64,000 nt of DNA from Candidatus Thorarchaeota archaeon. GTDB lineage: Archaea; Asgardarchaeota; Thorarchaeia; Thorarchaeales; Thorarchaeaceae. Location: positions 64,001 to 128,000 of the forward strand of contig RDOC01000004.1 of NCBI GenBank assembly GCA_011364985.1, read 5' to 3'. This document shows, in pieces, positions 47,800 to 57,582 of this stretch. Positions within the stretch are counted from its first letter, which is position 1, and every line of letters begins with the position of its first letter. Position numbers and translations under genes: made by a program. Below the pieces are notes generated by a model. It did no database searches and had not been told where the DNA came from. It saw nothing but the letters and a program-made list of their open reading frames with translations.

Positions 47800-48327
47800 A
47801 TGAGAAACATTGTCGGAGGAGCAGCTGCTGCCTTGATTGGGTCACTGATTCTAGGAGGAATTTTCATTGGCGCTGATATTCTGAGACGGACCTACCCTCT
47901 GATTCTTGAAACCGACTTTACGCTTCCCTTGGTACTTACATGGTTGCTTCTCGGATCTGTTTCAGGTCTGTTTTCCAATTCACCTTGGAACACTGTGCGT
48001 ACAGCCGTTTGGATAGGCACCTGTCTTGGTTTACTTTCAGTCATTAGCATTCTCTCTGTCACTCCAGAGTTCTGGACAAGTCCAGATAGAAACCTCGCAC
48101 TTCTACTAATCTTCATCAGTGCAATAGTGACATCCCTTCTGACAATCCCGACAGCCATTGCAATCATTCTGGTTAAGAGAAGACTCTTTAGGGACCAAGA
48201 AAAACCGCCTCCGGAGAAGATAGAATCGGTCTGCTCCGCGTGCGGTGCAGTCTTCAAGTCAGTACCCATTTTATGTTCGGAATGTGGTGCCTTGATGGAA
48301 AACGAACAACGGCCGCAGACGAAATAG
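47800..48327 (+). CDS. Four-TM membrane protein with a C-terminal Zn ribbon
   Basis: Hydrophobic helices; CSAC..CSEC. Confidence 0.8.
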   Translation: MRNIVGGAAAALIGSLILGGIFIGADILRRTYPLILETDFTLPLVLTWLLLGSVSGLFSNSPWNTVRTAVWIGTCLGLLSVISILSVTPEFWTSPDRNLALLLIFISAIVTSLLTIPTAIAIILVKRRLFRDQEKPPPEKIESVCSACGAVFKSVPILCSECGALMENEQRPQTK

Positions 48328-48328
48328 A

Positions 48329-48844
48329 CTAGCGTTCTCTGGTTATGCCACCACCAAGAAGACCACCAATCACCGCAGCAATTCCAGGATAGAGCAGCCC
48401 TTCAAGTGCTGCTTGGAGGATGAGCATTGAGCCTCCACCGAACAAAAGCTCAATGTCACCAGACTGAATAAAGAAGAAGAGAAGCCAAGTCAGAAATGCA
48501 CCGATTATGACAGCAAACACAGCAGCAAGGATTCCTTGCAAGAAGTCTCTGGCTAGAAGACCAGCAATCAGTCCACCGGCCCCCCAAGCCAATGCCATAA
48601 GGACAGTAGCGCTTTGAGCACCATAGGTTAAGATCTGTCCAAGACTTGTGGATCCAAGAGTTGAGGGATAGAGAACAGTTCCGACCACCGCAAGTCTTGC
48701 CTCCAAATCCATATGCAGGTAGAAGTCGTCTACAATGGCGCTGGATATGAGATCTTCCGGCATGGAACCTCCAAAGGTCAGAATTACAAAAGCAATTGCA
48801 AATGCGGCAATCAATCCAGCAATAGTTCCTGCACCTTGACCCAA
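48329..48844 (-). CDS. Gly/Ala-rich multi-TM membrane protein
   Basis: GxxxG-rich helices; TTG start after GGAGGT. Confidence 0.78.
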   Translation of the reverse strand: MGQGAGTIAGLIAAFAIAFVILTFGGSMPEDLISSAIVDDFYLHMDLEARLAVVGTVLYPSTLGSTSLGQILTYGAQSATVLMALAWGAGGLIAGLLARDFLQGILAAVFAVIIGAFLTWLLFFFIQSGDIELLFGGGSMLILQAALEGLLYPGIAAVIGGLLGGGITRER

Positions 48845-49001
48845 GGGATGACCTCCATCTGAACCGTATCTTCTAGTTTGTTTCCGATTGGGCATATTTT
48901 AACATATGCACTACGGCTTCTTCCGATCTGGATCCTTGGCATACTCATTGTAAGCTTAGGCAACCAGTCATATTGGATATGTTTGAACTCTGGGTAGTTC
49001 A

Positions 49002-49508
49002 CTATCTCAATCGGAGAATCCATGTACAGACGGCATCGCCCAGTGCCTTGCAGGATTCTTGGTAGGCTTCGGCATTGAAGCCTCTCAGCTCCATTACGGC
49101 ATCGAAGACCCCACTGAGAATTGCGCAGTACTGAAGACCAGGCATATCAGTGATTTCGACTCCAGCACATATTGGGCAGTTGGCATCTGTGAATTTTATG
49201 ACACGTTGGTCATCACTTATCCAAATACTAGTAAATTCCTGACCTGAGTTGACCTTGTAGGCTAGCTGAAGTGTATTTGCAAATTCCACGAATTCACCAG
49301 CATGCTCACGTATCTTGTCGGCATAGTCCATCAGTAGTGTCTCGCCAACTTTGAAGCCAATGCTTTGCATAGCCCTATTAACTTCATCAACATTGCTGCT
49401 CTGAGTCATTAAGTTGTTCATTAGCTCACGATAGGTTGCTTGGAAAAGCGTCTTCGAAACCTTATCGATTTTGAGATGCCATCCCATCTTCCCCTTGATT
49501 CCCATCAT
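49002..49508 (-). CDS. TRAPP Bet3-like V4R protein
   Basis: KVSKTLFQATYRELM..EVNRAMQSIGFKVGETLLMDY; CPIC..YC..G..ESC..G..C. Confidence 0.85.
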   Translation of the reverse strand: MMGIKGKMGWHLKIDKVSKTLFQATYRELMNNLMTQSSNVDEVNRAMQSIGFKVGETLLMDYADKIREHAGEFVEFANTLQLAYKVNSGQEFTSIWISDDQRVIKFTDANCPICAGVEITDMPGLQYCAILSGVFDAVMELRGFNAEAYQESCKALGDAVCTWILRLR

Positions 49509-49523
49509 TCATTACCTCTTTTG

Positions 49524-50474
49524 TTATTCTTGAGACCTCTTACTTCGTTTAACAAAGCGAAGCGTCTTTCCGCGATAGGCTACTGTGCTCTGTAAGGCTT
49601 TGAAGTAGGAGATATTGAGTTCTTTCGCTATCTCCTGTAAACTACGCCCACCATTACACAACGCGAGCACAGGTCTATGTTCCTTTTTTGTCTTTTTGAT
49701 GTCGCCTTCAAAGAGTGGGAGTTCAACAATTTCAATGGAGCCTGCTTCTTGCTCTTCAGGGCACTCTGTATCCACGATTTCTTCTGCAAAGCACCATCTA
49801 ATAACCTCAAGGATTTGCTCCACGGACTTGTTCAAGACATCGGCAATCTTGTATACACTTCGCTTCTCATCAGCCATCAACAAGACATCAACTGCCAGAT
49901 TAGAGAACTTGGACTTCAGCTTCTTGTTCAATTCTGTTTCAAGACTCATTGCCTCAGAATAACGTTCACCACGAAGAACAAGACAGCCATGCCTGATCTC
50001 TACTGGTTTGGGCTCCTTTTCGGTCGGAGTTGTATCAGCCGCGCGTATGCCTTCAATCATAAAGGGTTCCATCTGTTCTTGACTGGACTCGTCTGCCTGA
50101 CCAATGGAGGATAACCCTGCTGCGGATGTTGTCGTTTCAGATGGTTTCGGAGGCGGCGGCAGAACGACTTCATCCATTAGATCAACAACGCTTTTTGTCT
50201 TTTGAAGCGCCTCTCCAAGTTGCAGGTCTGCAGAGAATAGAACAGCCAAAACCCAATTCTCATCAACTCTGGCGAGAACTACAATTCCTCTACCTGTCAT
50301 GACATTCATCAGCTTGAATGACGCCGCATGTATCTTCAATGTACCTTGAATCTGCGGTAGAACTTCATCTGGTAGAGAGAACGAGAGAAATGGATGACCG
50401 TCATTTGTAATGAGCGCATATCCACTAACAGCTTCATCGAATTTCAGCTTTGTAAGGACGCGCTCTAGTTCCAT
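49524..50474 (-). CDS. Roadblock/longin-like domain + linker + tandem wHTH protein (paralog of 46588-47580)
   Basis: VSGYALITNDGHPFLSFSLPDE, VDENWVLAVL, LPPPP and CNGGRSLQEIAKEL. Confidence 0.75.
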   Translation of the reverse strand: MELERVLTKLKFDEAVSGYALITNDGHPFLSFSLPDEVLPQIQGTLKIHAASFKLMNVMTGRGIVVLARVDENWVLAVLFSADLQLGEALQKTKSVVDLMDEVVLPPPPKPSETTTSAAGLSSIGQADESSQEQMEPFMIEGIRAADTTPTEKEPKPVEIRHGCLVLRGERYSEAMSLETELNKKLKSKFSNLAVDVLLMADEKRSVYKIADVLNKSVEQILEVIRWCFAEEIVDTECPEEQEAGSIEIVELPLFEGDIKKTKKEHRPVLALCNGGRSLQEIAKELNISYFKALQSTVAYRGKTLRFVKRSKRSQE

Positions 50475-50520
50475 AGCGGTTCCACACCCACTTTCCTGTT
50501 TGGAGTAGGTTTACAGGATA

Positions 50521-51645
50521 TCAGGCTCTAAGAAGTTTTTCGTCGATGTCCTTCAGTAAGGGTTTCCCTAAGAGAAAGCTGATTACTTCTGATATAGATG
50601 GGTGAATTGCCTTTGGCGAAGCGATATAGAAGGCTGCAACAGCATTGGAGAGAATTAGACGGTCTCTAGCACTCATCTCAGCGAGGGTACCATAGATACT
50701 TCCAGAATTCCACGCGTCGCCTGCTCCGCAGGAAATCTTGGGCTTGGCTTGAAAGGCGGGTTGCACAACCGAAATGTCCTCTACGATTGTTGCCGCAAAA
50801 TCTGGCGTATGAAGATCAACACGTATGCTGGTTTCTTTGGACAAGTATTTTGCAGCCTTTATCCAGCTGGATGGACGAGATGTGTTTGTTCTCCAGCTCA
50901 GGTCTCTTCCTGCTAGAGCCCAAGCCAACCAAAGAACTTCATTTTCGTTAACGCTAAGGATGTCAATCTTGTCGGCGGACAGAACTCTGCCAGCTATAGG
51001 TTCGACAATGCTGGGATTGCTGGATGGATCTCCCATATCTAAGAAGGTGGTTGCTTTTGACTCATCCTTTACATATTCAAACAACTCATCCGCCAAGGTC
51101 GCAGGATCCTTGTTGTGGTTCATATTCAGTAGCGCGACAAGACTGCTTTTGCGGATTGCCTGCAGGTCGGGTTCGGTGAGTTCGGAAAATGTGAAATCTG
51201 CAGCCGAACCACTATCACTCACCATTAGATTCACCTGTCGTCCCCCATACTCAAGCTCAATTGAAACAGTTGAGGATAATCTGCCATCAGTGTGGATATG
51301 GGAGAGATCAAAATCAGGATCTATCAACGCACGGAGGAGCGAAGCGCCGTATTCATCTGTTGTGGCAACAAGGCAGGAATCTATCCCCAGCGAGAACAGA
51401 GCCGCCGCCAGATTTGCAGCATTTCCTCCTCGGCGAATGAACTGTGTAGTGCCCAATAGGTTACCTCCACCCTGTTTGGCCAGATTCTCTAGTCCTTCGA
51501 CCATTCCTTCGAGAGTATCTGCCACAACAAAGTGGTCTATGAAAAAATCGGGAAGAATGACCGGCTTCCCTACTTCCAAAGGAGTTTGTAGGATCTCTAT
51601 GAGCCGGGGGTAATCCAGCTCCAACACCTCCCTTAGCTGATTCAT
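50521..51645 (-). CDS. PfkB family carbohydrate kinase
   Basis: GGNAAN, SVNENE and CGAGDAWNSG. Confidence 0.88.
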   Translation of the reverse strand: MNQLREVLELDYPRLIEILQTPLEVGKPVILPDFFIDHFVVADTLEGMVEGLENLAKQGGGNLLGTTQFIRRGGNAANLAAALFSLGIDSCLVATTDEYGASLLRALIDPDFDLSHIHTDGRLSSTVSIELEYGGRQVNLMVSDSGSAADFTFSELTEPDLQAIRKSSLVALLNMNHNKDPATLADELFEYVKDESKATTFLDMGDPSSNPSIVEPIAGRVLSADKIDILSVNENEVLWLAWALAGRDLSWRTNTSRPSSWIKAAKYLSKETSIRVDLHTPDFAATIVEDISVVQPAFQAKPKISCGAGDAWNSGSIYGTLAEMSARDRLILSNAVAAFYIASPKAIHPSISEVISFLLGKPLLKDIDEKLLRA

Positions 51646-51646
51646 T

Positions 51647-52105
51647 CTAGATCTTTTTCAGTGCTGCCTTCACCATTAGAGTGATTCGATCTTCATCAAT
51701 ACCAGTCTTCTTGGCGGTCTTCTCTATGTCACAGTAGGCAAGCTCGGAGAGGGATTTGATACCTGCTTCAAGCAGTGCTTGAGCCTCTTCCTTCTTCACT
51801 GCTCGAATTGAAGACAGCTCTGCCATGGCGTCATCGGAGGACACTTCCTTTGCTGCAGGTTTTGCTGCTTCGGCTAAGACTTCGTCGGCAAACTGCTCCA
51901 AGTCTTTAACGTATTGTTTCAGGACCTCAGTATTCTCTGGATAGGCCGTCTTGCGTCTTCTGTCAACAATAACACCCATTCGACGCGCCTCTGTTGCGGC
52001 CAATCCTGCTTCCTTGGTTTCACCAAGACTGAATCCTCGCCCTCTACGAAGTCTTGAGCCCTTTGGAGATTTTACAACAGATTCAGGAACATAATCGAAG
52101 CTCAT
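51647..52105 (-). CDS. rpl13e: 50S ribosomal protein L13e with a C-terminal HhH-like extension
   Basis: RRGRGFSLGE.KEAGL..ARRMGVIVDRRRKT..EN; tail LLEAGIKSLSELA..KTGID. Confidence 0.9.
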   Translation of the reverse strand: MSFDYVPESVVKSPKGSRLRRGRGFSLGETKEAGLAATEARRMGVIVDRRRKTAYPENTEVLKQYVKDLEQFADEVLAEAAKPAAKEVSSDDAMAELSSIRAVKKEEAQALLEAGIKSLSELAYCDIEKTAKKTGIDEDRITLMVKAALKKI

Positions 52106-52272
52106 GTAACAGCTCACCTGTCCGGCCACTTGAGCCTGAGTATCGCTTATTAGGCTTTCGAGATGCCATTTTTCTGCGCATTACTCAACAATAATGTGCC
52201 GCAAACTGGTTTCTATCTTCCGACAAAGTAGAAATTCATAAGAAGCTTGACCAACTCAGGATCGGTGAATAA

Positions 52273-52587
52273 ATGATGCAAGCCGACAACGTCAAGGTGG
52301 AATTAGAGCATATGGAGATCCACATGGGGGATTTCAAAGGGTCTAAGCTGAAACTGAAGGGCAATGCAACATACGAAGACCTGATGTTAGTTCTTGACGG
52401 AGGTAAGACAAAGGTTCGGCTACATGCTCGTAACATAGGAAACGTCCATCTTGAGAAAAAAGGAATACGTATCGCTGCTATGAATTTCGAAATCAACGAG
52501 GGTGGCAACATTAGCACTGCAACTGGGTCCATTAGGCTAGAACTGGGATACGATGCAGAGGCATGGTACAAGGAACTCTGGGGATAA
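52273..52587 (+). CDS. Hypothetical beta-rich protein, possibly PH-like fold
   Basis: Beta-strand pattern ending in the helix AEAWYKEL; GGTGA RBS. Confidence 0.7.
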   Translation: MMQADNVKVELEHMEIHMGDFKGSKLKLKGNATYEDLMLVLDGGKTKVRLHARNIGNVHLEKKGIRIAAMNFEINEGGNISTATGSIRLELGYDAEAWYKELWG

Positions 52588-52657
52588 AGCGACTCTGGAA
52601 CATTTTTAAAACGTAATGAATTGGAAAGAACCCCACCAAGGTCAGGGGCATAAAGTA

Positions 52658-53965
52658 ATGTCTGAGCAGATTGAGTACATCGAGCTTCGATTTTCGGACA
52701 TATTAGGGCGCCTAAAGGCGATGATAATTCCATGCAAGGGAGCAGATACAATTGAAGAATTACGAAAAGACCCTGCTCTGAAAAAGGGCACAAGTCTTGA
52801 CGGCAGTTCGGTCACTGGCCTTGCATCAGTTGAGCTCTCAGACCTAAGATTGGTGCCGGATCCAAATTTCCTGTTTGAACTTCCGTATGCCGCTCGCCGG
52901 ACGGCTGCGGTAATGTGCTTTCTAAAAAGAAAGGGAGATGACCCAGACAGCGGTTTCAAGTATCAGAGGGATACGAGAGGAATTCTACATACAGTTTGCG
53001 AAGAATACCTTCCTGGCAAGATGCAGCTGAAAGTGAAAATTGAACCCGAATTTCATTTCATAACCTCAGATAGGAACGTCTTTGACACCGCTGGCTATGC
53101 GGACACATATCCCAGGAATTATGGTGGAGATGTGCTTTTAGAAATCGCTAGCGCCGTCAGAGAGATAGGAATGCAACCACGAGTTATACATCATGAGGCA
53201 GGTGAAGCCCAGCAAGAGATCGAGATAGATTATGTAGATTCGATAAGGATGGCAGATTTCATACTTACCTTCAAGAACTTGGCACAAACACTAGCATTAA
53301 GTCAGGAGATGGATGTGACATTCATGCCAAAACCCTTTGAAGGGGCAGCTGGAAATGGCCTTCACTGTCATCTCCAATTATGGGATGGAAATGCGAATCT
53401 CTTCGGCAGGAACGATGGAAACAGGCTCTCCGATATTGGAAGGAAGTTCATCGCTGGCCTGCTAAAACACGCAAAGGCAATTACTGCTATTGCCAATCCG
53501 TCCGTCAATTCGTATAAACGTCTGGTACCTCATCATGAAGCTCCGGTGTACATTACATGGGGATTCATGAATCGGACAGTTCTGGTCAGGGTTCCGCTAT
53601 TTGAAAAACCAGAGAAAGCTGCGGTAGAGCTCAGGTCACCGGACTCGATGGCGAACCCCTATCTTCTCTTTGCCGCAATCATCGCAGCTGGTATGGACGG
53701 CATAGAAAACGACCTCAGTCCTCCAGACCCAAGAAGCGAGGATATCTTTGCCCTTTCGGATGAAGAACGCATGTCGCTTGCCATTGAGAGCCTCCCTGCA
53801 AACCTAGGTGAGGCTTTGGAGGAACTCAAGAAGGATGAAGTCATCCGAAAGGCGCTGGGCAAAGAGATGGTCGATACTTATGTCAGAATAAAGCGCGATG
53901 AGTGGAGAGAGTACACAAACAGCATTGTGACATTGTGGGAATGGAAGAAATATCACTCCCACTAG
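52658..53965 (+). CDS. glnA: Glutamine synthetase family protein
   Basis: DGSS, EPEF, HHE..QQEI, FMPKP..GNGLHCH, NSYKRL, NR..RVP and ELRSPD. Confidence 0.88.
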   Translation: MSEQIEYIELRFSDILGRLKAMIIPCKGADTIEELRKDPALKKGTSLDGSSVTGLASVELSDLRLVPDPNFLFELPYAARRTAAVMCFLKRKGDDPDSGFKYQRDTRGILHTVCEEYLPGKMQLKVKIEPEFHFITSDRNVFDTAGYADTYPRNYGGDVLLEIASAVREIGMQPRVIHHEAGEAQQEIEIDYVDSIRMADFILTFKNLAQTLALSQEMDVTFMPKPFEGAAGNGLHCHLQLWDGNANLFGRNDGNRLSDIGRKFIAGLLKHAKAITAIANPSVNSYKRLVPHHEAPVYITWGFMNRTVLVRVPLFEKPEKAAVELRSPDSMANPYLLFAAIIAAGMDGIENDLSPPDPRSEDIFALSDEERMSLAIESLPANLGEALEELKKDEVIRKALGKEMVDTYVRIKRDEWREYTNSIVTLWEWKKYHSH

Positions 53966-55128
53966 CGGTTACGGAAGAATCGAGATAATCTATCAAATGC
54001 CTCATCTACAGCTTCTGGTGTCAATGGGCCAATAGATAATCGGATATAACCCTCACCAGCGTCACCGAATATGCTTCCAGGGAGCACGAGGGTCTTCACG
54101 GATTGAAGGATGTCAAGTGTAAGTGCTCGAGAATCACTGCAATTGGCAACCTTGGGAAATAAGTAGAAAGTCCCAGCAGTCCTAGTGACATCAAGAGACT
54201 CAATCTCACGGATTCGAAGGTAGGCTAGATCTCTAAGGAGGCGTAGACGCTCATACTCAGTTTCAATTGACTCCAAATAACGCTTCAGTATCTCGTAGAC
54301 CAGAATTTGACCTGGAGTTGAAGCACATATCGTGACGGTGTCTTGGACTTTCATGAACTCCCTCATGAAGTTGTCGGGACCAAGAATATAGCCAACTCGC
54401 CAGCCACTCATTCCAAAGGACTTGCTGAAACTGCCAAGCACTATTACATGATCAGCAGCATCGTTCCGGGAACGGGGACTATAATGACTGGCGTTGTCAA
54501 AGACCAGACTGGCATAGGTCTCATCAGAAACCAGTAGTAATTCTCTCTCTATGCAGAGCCCAAGAACAGCATCCATGAAGTTCTCATCATAAACCGCCCC
54601 AGTTGGATTGTTAGGAGTAGCTAAGTAGATAGCCTTGGTCTTGTCGTCAACTGCGGATTCGATTTGCTCAAACTCAGGCTGAAAGCCTTTGGCTACTGGG
54701 ACCTCTGTAATATTGCCACCTGCTAACCGAATGGCCATAGCAGCATTGAAGTAGTAAGGAGAAGGCATTACAACGTTTTCATCTGGATTCAAAATAGTGA
54801 AAATCATACCTGCAAATCCCTGATTTGCACCGGCAGTTATTGCAATCTCGTTCATCGGGTCTGCACGGATTTTCCAGTTGCGATATAAATACAGAGACAA
54901 TTCTTCACGAAGCTCAAGGTGGCCTTGGTCAGGAGTATATCGATGCACGGATGGGTGCGTGATTCGGTCGCTCAACGCCTTCAGCGCACCAGCAGGAGGA
55001 AGGTGGCCAGGGAGACCTTGGCCCAGATTCAGGAACTCGGATGAACCAATATACTTCTGAGCTGCTTCGGAAAGCTTGACAATGGGCGGGTACATTATGT
55101 CTTCTGTACGAAATCTCATTGAAATCAC
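53962..55128 (-). CDS. Class I/II PLP-dependent aminotransferase
   Basis: NLGQGLP, PNNPTG, SDETY and SFSKSFGMSGWRVG. Confidence 0.93.
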   Translation of the reverse strand: MISMRFRTEDIMYPPIVKLSEAAQKYIGSSEFLNLGQGLPGHLPPAGALKALSDRITHPSVHRYTPDQGHLELREELSLYLYRNWKIRADPMNEIAITAGANQGFAGMIFTILNPDENVVMPSPYYFNAAMAIRLAGGNITEVPVAKGFQPEFEQIESAVDDKTKAIYLATPNNPTGAVYDENFMDAVLGLCIERELLLVSDETYASLVFDNASHYSPRSRNDAADHVIVLGSFSKSFGMSGWRVGYILGPDNFMREFMKVQDTVTICASTPGQILVYEILKRYLESIETEYERLRLLRDLAYLRIREIESLDVTRTAGTFYLFPKVANCSDSRALTLDILQSVKTLVLPGSIFGDAGEGYIRLSIGPLTPEAVDEAFDRLSRFFRNR

Positions 55129-55243
55129 CGTGAAGAGGGAACAGTATTTCTATTTCCATGTGGCAAGAACGAGTTAAAGCAATATTGGCATAGGTGACGA
55201 CTAATTCAACTCAAGCTTAATATCGTGTTCCAGCGTCCTAGAA

Positions 55244-56038
55244 ATGGGTACTATGACTATGAATGAAGAATGTGAAGCCAAAGTACTGGGGTCACCAGAA
55301 GCCCAGGTCGTGCAGACAAAGGAAATGAAGATGAAGAAACCACTTCTGGTATGCTGCTTTCCGTCTGCAGGAGTTGTTGGAACAATTGCAGCAAATACGC
55401 TCATAGATCAGTTCAAGATGGACGAAATAGCTCATGTAAGATCCAGATACATGCCCTCAGCGGCGGTTTTTCTGGACGGCAGGTTAAGACATCCATTCAG
55501 GATTTACGGGTACAAGGAACGGAATCTTCTTGTTGTGACAACAGAGTTGCCAGTTATGGAAGAGGGAATGTATGTTGTCAGCTCTGCTCTACTGGACTGG
55601 GCAGCAGGATTGGGAGTACAGGAAACCGTGGTTCTTGATGGGATTCCTGTTCAAGGCATTCCAGCTGACCGCAAGGTGCTCTACGCCGCTGAGGAGCAGA
55701 AGATTGCAGATCTTGAAGAGGATGAGGACATGGAGATACTGAAGAAAGGAATAATCACAGGAATCGCCGGGTCTATCCTCTCAGAAACGCTATGCAGGGA
55801 CATGGTAGGATTTGCTCTCTTGACTCCTGCTATTCCAATCATGCCCGACCCGGAAGGAGCAATACAGCTGCTTAATGCACTCAACCGTCTTTATGGTGTT
55901 GGTGTAGATGTCAATGAGCTGGAGAAAAGCGCAGAGGAGATACGTCAGAAGATGGAGGAGATGGCACATCAAGTTGAGGGTATTCGACGACAGCAGCCAA
56001 GTATTCCATCCAGGTCCTATGAAAGGATGTACGCATGA
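55244..56038 (+). CDS. PAC2 family proteasome assembly chaperone
   Basis: FPSAGVVGTIAA, PFRIY, GIITGIAG and PDPEGA. Confidence 0.9.
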   Translation: MGTMTMNEECEAKVLGSPEAQVVQTKEMKMKKPLLVCCFPSAGVVGTIAANTLIDQFKMDEIAHVRSRYMPSAAVFLDGRLRHPFRIYGYKERNLLVVTTELPVMEEGMYVVSSALLDWAAGLGVQETVVLDGIPVQGIPADRKVLYAAEEQKIADLEEDEDMEILKKGIITGIAGSILSETLCRDMVGFALLTPAIPIMPDPEGAIQLLNALNRLYGVGVDVNELEKSAEEIRQKMEEMAHQVEGIRRQQPSIPSRSYERMYA

Positions 56039-56079
56039 AGCATGTGACGCTTGAAAATGAAGTCAGCCTATGCATAGGC

Positions 56080-56643
56080 CTACTTGCTGCAAACGCAGGT
56101 ATCATAGGCTTCCTTTGCACCTAGAGCATTTCTTTCTCCAGTAGCGCCGGACCACCTGCTTTGTATGACGTTCTGTACGGTTTCCAGTTTGACAAGACCA
56201 GTAGCCTTTGCAAAAGCGCCAAGCATTGTAGTGTTCACAACTGGCAGCCCTGCGACTAAGAGTTTGTGCTTTAGCGCAATACCAGTTCCATCATAGGTAC
56301 ATATCCGTCCTCGTGGGAGGTCAACTTCGGAGGGATTCTTGTCGATATTGATTATTACAATGCCGTTCTCCTTGAGACCCTCGGTCACATCAGTGAGTTC
56401 AATAATGCTAGGGTCAAGAACCGCAACGATGTCAGGTTCGTAGATCTGACTTCGAACATTTATCGGCTCATGTGACATTCTTGTAAAGGCTTTCACAGGA
56501 GCTCCGCGGCGCTCAGCCCCGAAGTATGGAAAAGCCTGTACGCCCTCGTATCCATCAATATACGCAGCCTTGGCGAGGAGCTCTGCTGAGGTCACTCCGC
56601 CCTGTCCGCCTCTTCCGTGCCAGCGAATTTCTATCATAGGCAT
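56080..56643 (-). CDS. porG: 2-oxoacid:ferredoxin oxidoreductase gamma subunit
   Basis: EIRWHGRGGQG, QAFPYFGAERRGAP and NTTMLGA. Confidence 0.92.
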   Translation of the reverse strand: MPMIEIRWHGRGGQGGVTSAELLAKAAYIDGYEGVQAFPYFGAERRGAPVKAFTRMSHEPINVRSQIYEPDIVAVLDPSIIELTDVTEGLKENGIVIINIDKNPSEVDLPRGRICTYDGTGIALKHKLLVAGLPVVNTTMLGAFAKATGLVKLETVQNVIQSRWSGATGERNALGAKEAYDTCVCSK

Positions 56644-56765
56644 TGGTTCTTGACTCCTATTGGTGCATGCAGTCAAGTTGGGGCGAACATCGGGGAAATA
56701 AAGGACTTTCGCTAAGACTATATGTGCAATGCCATTCATGCCTGTTATCCAGAGGAGTTAGGCAC

Positions 56766-57575
56766 ATGGAGGAATTCGTGAAAGCCAACCGCGATATGTG
56801 GGAAGACCAACTTGACATTCACAAGGATAGTAAGTTCTATGATGTTGAGAGCTTTCTACGAGGAAAACAGACTCTAGACCCAATAGAGCTAGAAGAGGTT
56901 GGCAATGTCGCTGGAAAGTCACTATTGCACCTCCAATGCCACTTTGGATTGGATACGCTCTCGTGGGCAAGATTAGATGCAGAAGTGACCGGCGTAGACT
57001 TCTCAAAGAAGGCAATAGCATTAGCTGAAAAGCTTGCAGACCAGATAGGAGTCAAGGCACGTTTCATCACATCAGACATTTACAAGTTGGGAGATGTGCT
57101 AGAGGAGGAATTTGATATAGTCTTTACTTCAGGTGGAGTATTGACTTGGCTACCAGACCTTAAGACATGGGGAGAAATAGCGGCACGTTACGTAAAGAGA
57201 GGCGGGTTCTTTTACATTCGGGAGTTCCACCCCTTCTCTCTTGTCTTTGATGATGAGAGAGAAGATGACAGTCTTGTGCTTCGCTATCCATATTTCTGCA
57301 GAGGTGAACCGATGGTCTTTCAAAACGACTCGACCTATGTGGACACCTCAAGAAAGATACCCATCAGGACCTCATATGAATGGCCCTACAGCCTCTCAGG
57401 CGTAATTAACGCTCTCATAGGCGCAGGACTAAGAATCAATTTCTTCAATGAGTTCTCCGTAACGACGTGGAAGCAAATGCCATTCTTGATAGAACGTGAT
57501 GACGGAAGGTGGATACTACCTTCACATCAGGATAGCATGCCCTTGATGTTCTCAATAAAGGCAACCAAGGAGTAA
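56766..57575 (+). CDS. Class I SAM-dependent methyltransferase
   Basis: LLHLQCHFGLD, GVDFS, FDIVFTS.GVL.WLPDL and EFHP; GAGGAG RBS. Confidence 0.9.
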   Translation: MEEFVKANRDMWEDQLDIHKDSKFYDVESFLRGKQTLDPIELEEVGNVAGKSLLHLQCHFGLDTLSWARLDAEVTGVDFSKKAIALAEKLADQIGVKARFITSDIYKLGDVLEEEFDIVFTSGGVLTWLPDLKTWGEIAARYVKRGGFFYIREFHPFSLVFDDEREDDSLVLRYPYFCRGEPMVFQNDSTYVDTSRKIPIRTSYEWPYSLSGVINALIGAGLRINFFNEFSVTTWKQMPFLIERDDGRWILPSHQDSMPLMFSIKATKE

Positions 57576-57582
57576 GACGATT

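Noticed and set aside
50825-51613. 262-aa plus-strand ORF
   Set aside because: Antisense shadow of the PfkB kinase.
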